From positions 3,699,003 to 3,763,002 of the forward strand of contig MU058065.1 in the NCBI GenBank assembly GCA_013265495.1: a stretch of 64,000 bases of DNA. The letters are read 5' to 3'. Under the pieces are notes generated by a model. That model was not told the origin of the DNA. It did no database searches and worked only from the letters and a program-made list of their open reading frames with translations. A program made the position numbers and the translations under genes. Origin of the DNA: Vicugna vicugna (lineage: Eukaryota). Shown in pieces: positions 39,441-50,060 of this stretch; position 1 is the first letter of the stretch, and every line of letters begins with the position of its first letter.

Positions 39441-41474
39441 TCACCCCAGGACCACTCTGGGAAAAACAGCCATCACTTTAAGGAACTATGAACTAATACA
39501 TGGCACCATGAGATAGGGACCATGAATTGTCCTTCTGGTTTACCACAGATATTTTGTCTCACAATTCACTTAACTCCTCCGTCTGACGGCTTCCTAGGTG
39601 ATAAATACCAGTAACCATTAGACCTCAGAAACAAAATGGCGACTGTACATTCATTGCTGTTCAACTCAAAGTCTAAAGAGAAATGCTTTTCAGCCTCCTC
39701 CCCCGCTCCGCCAGTGCCCTCTGGCAATTGAGAGCATTAATGAGATAATGTTGTTCCAAGGGATTTAAGCTCCTTGGAAGAAAGGCGTTCCGTACCTACA
39801 AGGTATCATTATTTCCTGCCGTCAGGCGATTCTGCACAGGTGTCTCTCTTCTGCAGCCTTCGGTTTCCTAATGATTTGTCACACCCCAAAGGATGTCACA
39901 CCCCGACAGGAAGAGTCCTGGTTAAGGGGAATTCTGTACCATGTGTTCCGTACTAGTCTTAACTGCTCTGAGTACTTGTATCTCAACTTTGGACCTCACG
40001 CAGGTCTCAGGTACTACTCCTTAACAATACCTCAAAGTGTTTGGTAGAGGCGACAAAAGGATTTGTTAGGACAAACAGAATATATACTGTATATGATATA
40101 CAGTATGTATTATGTATTATTTATTTATTTACACACTCTTTGCATATATATGTATATATGCATATATATGTATGTATAGCAAATGACACAAAATAAGCCA
40201 AAAACAGGGGTAATGTATTCTATTAACTCTCCACTAAGATACCGATGAAACTTCAAGCCAGGGGGACCTGAGAAACAGAAGTGTTTCTGTTCTGTTTCTA
40301 TTCAGATCACTTCCTTCTGCTCAACTTTGATCTGCTTTAGTGTCACTCACTGGTTTATATTCCATCCTGATTCATACAAATGATTGAGCCTCTTGGCAAT
40401 ATTCAAAGTGCAGACCATAAGGTACAGATTTCTCCTATGTTCTCTTAGCCTCTGTGTAGGTCACTGCCACACTGGGATGTCAAAGGTGTGTGTCTTCTTC
40501 AATAGGCACTAAGGAATATGCAAGTTTGAGCCCTCTCAAAACAGCCCCCACACGGCCTCTCTCCATCCTGCCCACAAAGGCGGGAAGGGCAGTGACCCTT
40601 TCTGCCCGAGTGGACAGGTGTTTAACTTGGTAGGCGGGATGCTGCCTCCACGATGGAAGAAAAGCAGAACTGGTGTGAACTGAGGGCTCACCAGTGGGCC
40701 AGACCCTCTGCTCGGAGATGCCGAAATGCCACCTCCTTTTATGATCTCTTTATCTGTCACACCTCCAAACATCCCCCTCCTGACCTCCAACCTAAACTGT
40801 GGTTAAACTTTTTAATTGTTGCCTCTCTTGGATTTCGCTGTGAATTTCACTATATTTAAGTCACAGTTTTTATGCATTTCCTAGTATTTTCCAGAGAGAA
40901 GTTACAGGAGCCAAAGAGAAAGCAAATTCTATGCACTTCTTTACTCTTTTTAGCTCTGAGCTGTGCAGCCAGCTGCTCATTTGTGGAGACCCTGGGTACC
41001 AAGTGAGAGTTGAGATGGGGCACTAGAGTAAGCCTTGTTTCTCCCCCAGCATCCCACTCTCACTAAGGCCCCTCCACGTGCATGTTCTCTTCTATATCTG
41101 GTGATGCTTGAAGGCTCCAAGCCTTCTCCCTGACTTTCTATGGGGATACCCATACTTCTGTCTAATTTAACGTCTTACTGTCAGTGTGAAGAGCTCAGGG
41201 CAATCTTTCTTCTACTGTGGAGATATTCTGTGAGTGCTCATCTTATAATTAAGGGGAATCTGCCAGCACTGCTCTACTGCATTTGTTCAGGGTTAAATTA
41301 CCTCCCAACTTTACAGGGGAGGTAATTTACAAAGCAAGATCTTTCAGATGCATGGAGCCCAGAGTGTGGCCCAGAAGCAAAGTTCTCGCCCATCTTCCTA
41401 CCCTCGTTTGACTGGTTGAGGCCAGTTACTTTGGCTGGTTTTTAGCTAAGTTGTTTCAGCAGGCACAGTAAGTG

Positions 41475-41478
<4 letters not shown>

Positions 41479-41505
<27 letters not shown>

Positions 41506-41523
41506 ATGAGAGAGAGAGAGAGA
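41479..41523. repeat. Compound (TG)n(AG)n microsatellite
   Basis: Direct inspection. Confidence 0.95.
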
Positions 41524-42384
41524 CTTAAAACACAGAGAAATACAGACAGACTAGAAAAGAAGCAATGGAAAAGAAAATATAGTAAAGGAAGCAGAGATAG
41601 AAATGAAGGTTTTCCAAACTGTCAGTAGAGCTGTAATCAGTTATAATTCCTTCATTTGCCCAGTAAAGGTCACCTGTCTTCATTTACATTTGCCTTTTAC
41701 TTTTCCATTGAACTCTGCTCAGGGAACTGTCCTTTGCATCTCCCTGCCTCTCTGTGTGCCTCCCCACCAACTCCTCTCTCCCTTCTTTTCTCAGGTATAA
41801 CACCATCTGTTCTGCTCTAGCCCAGGAGAAGGCTCTTTGTGGCTTGTATTCTCAGATCATCTCTGCAGTGTCTAGTCTCTGTGCCTGGCTTCATCCAAGG
41901 GGATCACTCAGGCTGTTCTCTGGGGTGTTCCATCACAGGGTCTCAAAAACGTTTGATCTCTGTGGCTGGCACTTGGGATTTTCATCTTAAATCTGCCTGG
42001 TCTGCCTTATCTGAAAATTCCTGGGCATGAAGGCATTTGGGGGCTGCAGGGTGGCCAGACTTCTCCATAGACTTGAGGGTGGTGATGCTGGCCTAAAGAG
42101 AAGTGCCAAAAACAACAACAACAAGAAAAAACCCAGCAAAAGCAGAGTTGGAAAACAGAACAAAAGGGCCTGACACTGTAAGACATTAGTGTTTGTGTAA
42201 GAGATTATTTCTTCTCCTCCAGCAACTGCCTGTGTGGGAGGAGAAAGGTTTCTTTTCTCAAGGTTTTCACTCCACCTCCACCTACCAGGAAAGGGAATTC
42301 AGAAACGCTGATTCTTCTCCAGCCAGGAAAGCAGCCGTAACAGTAAACTGGGAAGTCACTTTGGCCAATACTGCCAAATAGGAC

Positions 42385-42803
42385 TTTAGTTCACCCAGGA
42401 TGTATGAAGACACAAAGATGTGCCAGATTCTCTGCCAGATGCTGGTGTTCTAAAAGATGACTGCGGTAGAGAAGGATCAGCAGGATTTGTGGCTCCAGTG
42501 GGCTTGGGACATTGAAGAGCAAGGGTGGGGTAGAGGGTGACTCCTAGGTGTCCTGCCTGGGCAATTAGGAGAAGGTGATGATACTAGTGAACAAAAGGAC
42601 TGTAAGAGGAGCAGGTTCGAGCAAGGTGGGGCAGGGAGGGAGCAGGTGATGGTATGCTTTGTTTGGTAGGTGTTGAGTGAAGCATGCTATGAAAGCATCC
42701 AAGTGGAGATTCCAGAAAGGGGTGGAGGTGTAGATCCCGAGTCCACTGGAGAGTTCATAATTGAAAACTTGGTCTGGGAGTTGTCAGTGTAGACACTGTA
42801 GAA
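42385..42803 (-). mobile_element. L2 fragment, resuming at about 43690-43720 after MER21
   Basis: gagggtgactcctaggtgtcctgcctgggcaa...catccaagtggagat...ctgggagttgtcagtgtaga. Confidence 0.7.
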
Positions 42804-42805
42804 TT

Positions 42806-43673
42806 GCTCTGACTTTAGGTTTCCTAGTATGGATAAAGGGAATAAATATTTGTTGCAAAAAATTCTGTTGCAAAATGATCTGCCCCTGGTTCTTGGCACA
42901 GAGTTCCTAAAACATTTGTGATTTCCCAGGTAATAAGAACACTAGAAGCAGCCTTTTCCCTAATGTTTGGTCTTTGACCCCAGGTCCCAGCACAGGGCTC
43001 TTAAAATCCTTGAAATTTCCTGGGTGATGGGAGTAGCTTTTATTCTGATGAGGCAACTCTGAGTGGGCTTCTGAATAGCTTCAAGATGTGAGCTGGTCAT
43101 CAGAAAGACCCTCCTATGTTCTGGGAAGGGGTGAGGGACTGGAGACCGAATTAATGATTGAACATGCCTATGTGATGAAACCTCCATACACATCCCCAAA
43201 GTTCTGTGCTTGGAGCTTCTGAGTTGGTGAACACACCCACACGTTGGGAGGGTGGCACACCCCAACTCCACAAGGACAGAAGCTGCACTCAGGAGCCCCT
43301 TCATCTGCTATCCATTCATATCGTTTATTGTATCCTTTATAATAAACAGATATGTAAGCGAGCATTTCCCAGAGGTCTGCGAGACTTTCTAGAACATTAT
43401 TAAACCTATGGAAGGGGTCGTAAGAAACCCAATTTCTAGCTGGTTGGTCAAAAATAGAGGTGACAACCTGGGACTTGTCATTGACATCTGTAGTGGGGAC
43501 AGTTTTGTGAGACTGAGTCGTTAACTTGTAGGATCTAACACTAATGTCAAGAAGATAGTGTCAGAACTTAATTGCATTGCAGGACACCCAGCTGGTGTTA
43601 CAGAATTGTAACTGGTGTCAGAAGTATTATGTGTGTGAGTAAAGGAGAAATATAGGAGTGTTTTCCATATACA
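42806..43673 (+). mobile_element. MER21-family LTR
   Basis: ggcacagagttcctaaaac, ggagcttctgagttggtgaacac, tatcctttataataaac, ggtgacaacctgggacttg, gtgtcagaact. Confidence 0.8.
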
Positions 43674-44221
43674 GCTGACCTGCCAAACTTATGGGGTGAT
43701 TGAAGTCACCAAATGAGACAATTTAGGCAAAAGGTTTTTTTTTTTTTTTAACATGCAAAGGGATGCAGTTGTGAGATCTTACTGTTATTGTTTGATTACT
43801 GTGCTTATAATAAGGCACTTAGCCATATGGGATGTAAAGTGAGAGAGCTTGCAATTAAAGAAAGGTCTAGAAAGTACACCTATACCTACAAAACAATGGG
43901 GAAGGTGAATTTTTCAGGAGTTATTCTGGGATTTGGATGGAAGAGAAGGGTACAACGTGGGGAAAAATTCCTGGTGGGGAAATGGTAAAGTGCTCAAGCT
44001 CTATTTCATGATCAGGAGCCTGTGTCCAGGGTCGTAAGACTGGAAAAAGCCTTTGTTCAATCAAAGACACTGTTTTTCAGGCTCTCTTCCATTATGCAGG
44101 CAATTTATAGGAAGCCTCCTTTATTTGGAAGATGGCCACTTGTCAAAAACCCTGAAACACCCCATCAATACCTTCTCCATAGGGACCAATAGTGTCCATT
44201 GGCAAAAGATACAAGCTACAG

Positions 44222-44345
44222 CCAGGACTCCTATACAATTTTGCAGGATTCCGTGCAAAATAAAAATGCAGCCCCCTTGTTCACAAATTATTAAGAATTT
44301 CAAAATGGCAACAGCAGGGCACTACACCAAGCACGGGGTCCTACT
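44222..44345 (-). mobile_element. MER45A-like hAT-Tip100 fragment
   Basis: gtgcaaaataaaaatgcagcccccttgttcacaaattattaagaatttcaaaatggcaacagcag. Confidence 0.75.
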
Positions 44346-44544
44346 GCCTATAGAATTCCCAGCATTTGCTACAGGACATCATCTGGGTCACCATATGAAT
44401 TTAGAGAAAGTGCTTGAGACTCCATGAGTTAAACAAAAGGTTAAATCATCACATCAAGCATCTATTATGTGCTGGGCTAGCCAGGAGTGGGCACAGAGAT
44501 ATGAAGATAAAGCTTTCTTCCCTTGAGAAACTCATTTGCTTGCT

Positions 44545-44628
44545 TAAATTAATGATAATAAATTTTAAATTAATAATAAAATTTAAATCTAAATAATACA
44601 TTTTAAATTAATAATAATTTAAAAAAAC
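44545..44628. repeat. AT-rich degenerate tandem repeat (~17-bp unit, ttaaattaataataaa-like)
   Basis: Recurrent aattaataataa/ttttaaat units. Confidence 0.6.
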
Positions 44629-46074
44629 ATATATTCTTTCTTTAAGGTTCAGTTTAAATGCTACTGCCCCAACCATTCATTTAGAATTTCCCCCTTTCTC
44701 CTGTGTTCCCACAGTGCTTCCTGTACCTTGACTGCAATCTCTCTTAGGGAAAACGGACAAAACTTCATGGCTGACTGGATGTGGTCTTGAACCTATCTTT
44801 TTGCCCAGGAGGATCTTCCCATTGACAGGGCTTCCCATGGCACCACCCCATAATGAGGTGATGGGGATCAGGAGATACTGGTTCCCTGGGGGCAGTCAGG
44901 TGGGAGCGTAAGTGGGGGTAGCCAGGTGCAGCTGTGGCAGTTGCCGTCCCAGCTGGCCCCTCTGGCTGTGAGCACCGTACTGTCCATGTATGTCACCATC
45001 GGGGACTGTGTTCCGGCTCAGTTCTTCTCAAGGTTGCTCAACCAGGGGACTTCTTCCAACCCAGACTCACGCACACCCTTCCTCCTAGGTTTTCACCTAG
45101 ATCTCACATGTCATTTCACTGTGGTATTTTAGGGCTTGCAACATGGCCAGGACACAGGAGCCACGATCAGTGGGCCAGACCACAACCCCACAGAGCCTGT
45201 TTCACCGAGCTCCTTCATCTCTTCAAACGGAGGCAGACGTCAAAACTCTAGAAAGCGTTTGGCTGGTCTTGCTCCCTCCTAGAGGGGAGAGACAGTGTTA
45301 GGACTTGTCTGAGGAAGATGACGGCTGTTCAGACCATGTGTCCTTTCTCTGCTTCCCTCCCCTCCACCCTCTGCAACCAGAAGAGATCGACTCTGCCCTG
45401 TACATCCCATTACCTCCTCCTTTCCTCTCTCCTTTCTCCATTTGCACCCTCTCTGCGCGCACCACGTTGCCTAACTTCCACCTTGCTTTGCCCTTGCAGA
45501 ACCCCTTTCTTGAGGCTGAGTTTTTTTGTCATTGGTCCACCAGCCTATGACAGATCCCCCCAAATCAGCGTTGAACTTCCTTTTAGGGTGGAAATACCTA
45601 CAAGCTGAAAACTGAGGGAAGAGATTGATCAGAGGCCTCTGTACCCTGATGAAATGGGTCTCTTTGGAAGACTCTTTAATCTGATGCAAATTGTATACCT
45701 GACAGTGTTTCCCCTTTTGAATGGCTTGCTGAGAACACAAACCCATTTAGGATTTTGAAAGCCTGCCTGATTTTCAGGAATAGTTTCCAGAAACGATGTT
45801 ATTGGAATACTAAGTTTTCCCTTATCTTCCTTTCCTTTTCTCTCCCGCCCTCTGATTTTCTATTTTTATAACGATGTGGTGCTTCTATCACAGGCTGCTT
45901 CTTAAATATCTTTTTAGAAGGATGCAAGGTAATAAATACATAAACGAATGAATAAATAGAAAGTAAACACATTTCTAATTTGTTTTCAGAAACCCACTCT
46001 CTGTTTTTTAGGGTTTTCCCCTCAGTTGCCCTCCCACTGCACTTGTTCCACAAACCCTCTGCAGGGAGGGGAGA

Positions 46075-46425
46075 AGCGCTGTGAACAAAACAAAACGCCT
46101 GCTATGCGCGTGAGTATTTGCTGAAAAGTAACTGAGGAACACGTGACTAAACCATCCAATCACACGCGTTATTGCTCCAGCCCATTGTTGGTGACTTGCT
46201 TATGTTTTGCACGGGCTGGCACTTCTGCACACGGGCGGTGGTGCATCAACTCCATGAAAGGAGAGAACAAGTCTTGTCTTTAATCAGCTCCAGGCATCTA
46301 GTCCGTTTCTGGCCACGAGGGGAATGTGTTGAGGAGAACGGGGCTTCCGCAGGAGGCTGTAGGCATTTCTGATTGTTGTTATCAGCCAGAGTTAACTCTG
46401 ACTTTAAGATAACGTAGTCCCGGGT
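46075..46425. promoter_or_regulatory. CpG-retaining promoter/enhancer-like element (E-box, CCAAT, GC box, MRE-like)
   Basis: 16 CpGs in about 350 bp (hand count); CACGTGAC 46140-46147, CCAATCA 46156-46162, TGCACACGG 46226-46234, GGGCGG 46233-46238. Confidence 0.5.
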
Positions 46426-47531
46426 CTGCAACTAGGGGTTAGGGAAGGAAACTTTAGAATCATTTCAGCCTTAACAATTTATGGGCTGGAAGTGGAGCCA
46501 CACTCAGCTGAAGATTCTCTCCCATGTGGTATTTTCCAAAAATGTAAATCCTGCGGCGAACACGAAGTACAGCGCAGATGCATTTCACTTGGTGTAGCAG
46601 CTATGTTCCTGGGCATTTTCTATGTAAATTGAGCCTTTGCACAGTAAATGGGATCATTTAACATACAGCTGGGCAGCTCTCAGTTCAAAGGAACCCCTGG
46701 AGTGAATCCTTTTGAAAGCAGTGGTTCCTCTGTGATTTAAGTAATCACATTCTAATTTATATTTTCTCTTAATTTGGATTGTAAGTTAAAGAGTTTTTTT
46801 TTAAATAAAGCTTTACTAAATGTAAGTAAATAAATTAGTGTGCACCCTATAATATTTTTCCCAGGGGCAAAATGATCATCCATGTGTTGTACTTGTAATT
46901 ATATTTTAAGCCAATGATTTAATCACAACCTTAGGAGAGATACAGATGTCATGAAAGGTTTCTGCTCAGTAGCTCTCATAAAGCAGGGACAGCCAGAGTC
47001 TAATCTGTTCATCTAAGAATGGCTAGCCAGGCTGTTGCCCTGGGATGTCCTGAGTTCTTTGATGAAAGGTGTGGAGGACTGTGGGGTAGGCGACAAGCAT
47101 GGGAAGTAAAGAGATTGGTTTAAATTGTACCTTGACTCAGTCGCTTGCCTTAAATTTGGCCTTGAGCTGATCTCTTAAAATCGCTGAGCTTCAATTTCCT
47201 CAGCTTAAACATGGGCTACAATATATAAGGTCTCTGTAAGAATGTGGAAGGACAGTTTTCGTAATGCGCTTTACAAAGTTCCAAGTACAAAGCTTATTAG
47301 TCATTGATAGAGGACGGAGTGGGTTTTTATTTATTTATTTATTTTTCATTTGTTCTGTTTTCCAAATTGACCTCTGCTTTTAGAAGCCCTGTGTTTTCCT
47401 GGCTGCCTTTGATTCAGATTTTTCTAATTGAGCCCATTCAGTTGTTTTAAAGATTCCCTGAAAATTAGCCATCTTCCTTTAGCGAGACCATCTCATCCCT
47501 TTGCGTTAGGAACATTTATAGAGAAGACGAA

Positions 47532-47550
47532 GTTCGCCCCCTAGTGTGAC
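47532..47550 (-). promoter_or_regulatory. CTCF-like motif
   Basis: Minus strand GTCACACTAGGGGGCGAAC; several CpGs retained nearby. Confidence 0.5.
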
Positions 47551-48325
47551 CCACGAGAAAGACATCGCGAATTTATGAACTAGTCACAATGTGCTTTTTA
47601 AAACAGACTGCTCTCCAAATGATATTTTATTTAGCTCTTTGCGTTGAATCTTCACGTCTTTACTAAGTTAGCATGGCTACTAGATATTTACTTGATTGCT
47701 CTTCAAATGAGTTCTTTATGTTTCATCATATTATATATTCTGCTGACTTTTTAAAGCCATTGAAGACAAGTAAATTTTCAGAATTAGTTCAGTCTTATTC
47801 TGACCAGGTGATATCCTTATAGTCATAGATGCAATTTGAATACTAAGTAAGATCTTGCCTTGATTTATTTTGCTTTGATCTAATTTAAAATTAAATAACC
47901 CCAATCAAGATTATGAACTAAAGTGGCTGAGTCTGTGTGCTGTATAAATTCTGCTCCTGGTGAGTAGAGAAAGGGCATACAAATGAACACTCTCACAATT
48001 TCAGAATAATGACAGGCAATTAATCACATTAGCATACAATACACTAACACATGCAATTTCTTTCCATGGAATTACTGGCTGCTTACATTGTTTTAAATTG
48101 ACATGGGCACATCTTCACCAAGCTTTGTGCTTTATGCCAACATTTTTCATTCCTTTTTCAGACACCTTGATAAAGAAAATGTAGCAACAATATAAGTTCC
48201 AGCAGGCACACAGTTAAATGTGCACGTATTTTACAATCTTTATTTTTCTATTGCTTGACCTAATAAGTATCTTGATTCCTACTTCTGCCTTTTAGCAAAA
48301 ACCTTAACCAAGTCACTTCCAGGTC

Positions 48326-48492
48326 TGGTGGTACACTGGAGCTGGCTCATACCAGAAAGAGCTCATTGTTAAATTTTGAGGAATTTTACACACTGGTTAT
48401 TATTAAACATTAAGTCGTGTAAAACTTAGAGCCAAACAAATTGTATTAAAAGCAAAGATTATAAATATGCAAAACTCATCACTTCCTAATTA
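48326..48492 (+). mobile_element. MER63-like hAT-Blackjack 5' fragment
   Basis: gtggtacactggagctggctcatacc...attgttaaatttt...aaaactcatcacttcctaatta. Confidence 0.75.
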
Positions 48493-48499
48493 GCTTAGG

Positions 48500-50060
48500 T
48501 GGGCATTATCGTGTAATGCAAATGTCTCCACACTTGCTGACCACTCCCATGTGTCCATCCCCATACTTCCACTCTGCGTCCTGATCTTTCAGCCTTTTTC
48601 CTTCCAGGTCTCTGCCCAGGTGGCCAGGCCATTCATCACTGTCCTGGAGTCAGGCCCTTTCCTTCTCTCTGCAAAGCAGATGATCAGGTGCAGAACCTGA
48701 CCCTCAGCCTGGGGTTGGTTTCCCCTCACCCCTGAATGAGGCTGTAGTGCAGCTGCCAAATACCTTCCCCTTGAGCCCACAAAACAAGACTGATTCACCT
48801 GAAACCTAGCTCTGGCTGTTCCCGCTCCTCCAGCTGATCATGTAGGATTCTGTCTGGTGAGAGGTGTGAGCTGAGGGAGGGGTGCTAGTGTGACACTGGT
48901 GGGGGGTGCCGTGAGGATCTGGCCTACGGGTCCACAGGACACCCTTGTCCCCTCTCATTCTATTTACGCTCAGTCCTGATGGGCCATTTCCATCCTATGG
49001 CGCATTGCTGCCGCAATCCTATGTTGGCTTGATGGGGTCTCATGGGGCTCAGCTGATGATGGCAAGTCTGGCTGAATAACTGCTCGTGGTCCCGTCTTTG
49101 CCAGAGCCAGGCAGCATGATGGGGGTGCTTTTCAGAAGGTATGTAATCCTCCACTGTGGAAGACACGGTCTTACTTTAGAACCCCAGGGCCTGTGGCGTG
49201 ATTCTCCCACTGGGACATGCCTCAGACTCTATACATGGTCTTTTCTCACTAGTGACACCTCCAACATCACAGCCTTTGCTGGACTGCATCTCCCCAGGGG
49301 TAGGCTGTTTGCACTACAGCCTGGAGCTGTGTCAGAGCCCTCTCCTTCTCTACGCTCCACACAAAGATCGCAGCTTTTATTATCACTCGATGTATGGGCT
49401 GGAGCAGTATCTTAGGTGTGGAACATGGTGCCCCAGAACACAGACACCCACCACATAGAGCCTCCGTCTTTGTTTCAGTGGTGTGTGGCAAATTGACTGC
49501 CTTTTATGATGGAGTAGTTGTCTTGGCATGCCCCTGATCAATGAATTTAAATATTTTGCAAATGTAGCACGTCCTGCACTTTTGCAAGGTCGATTTCCCA
49601 CCTGCTGTAGCACATGTGTGTCCTGCAGCATGCAAGCCACCTTTTGTTCATTCAGTCTGATCAATATAATATCACTGATGCAATACATCAATGTACTAGT
49701 CTTTACATCGTTTAGATGGTCCAGATCTTTTCTGATTTTTTTATGTCAGAAAGCTGAAGAGTTAAAGTAGCCCTGGGACAAACCGTTAAATGTATTCTGT
49801 CGTTTATTCTATGTGAATGCAAGATGTTTCTTATTCTTTTCTCATAGCAATGAAAATGAACACCTTCACCAAATCAATTGGCCACACACTATGTACCCGA
49901 GGCAAAGACACCAGCTAGCATGGTGACTGAGTCACGGTTGAGTTGGCAGTGGTCTACAGGTACTCCTGTAGGATTCGTCTGGTTCTGCAGGAGCTAGACT
50001 GGTGGGTGAAATGAGGTATGATGGGGATCATGACCCACAATCTTTAGATCCTTAAAGAGA
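48500..50060 (-). mobile_element. Decayed ERVL pol (RT to RNaseH)
   Basis: ORF 49383..49691 MYCISDIILIRLNEQKVA...LGHHVPHL resembles HYIDDIMLIGPSEQEVA...WRQHIPHL; ORF 48589 DSRTVMNGLATWAETWKE resembles RNaseH DSWAVANGLAGWSGTWKE. Confidence 0.8.

Noticed and set aside
40080..40180. Palindrome atactgtata-tga-tatacagtat
   Set aside because: Lies in TA-rich low-complexity sequence where such symmetry is common
42880..43035. Internal ~50-bp duplication in MER21
   Set aside because: Probably intrinsic to the MER21 consensus rather than locus-specific
44545..44628. CRISPR-like or functional array
   Set aside because: Low-complexity AT slippage repeat with no unique spacers, in a eukaryotic context
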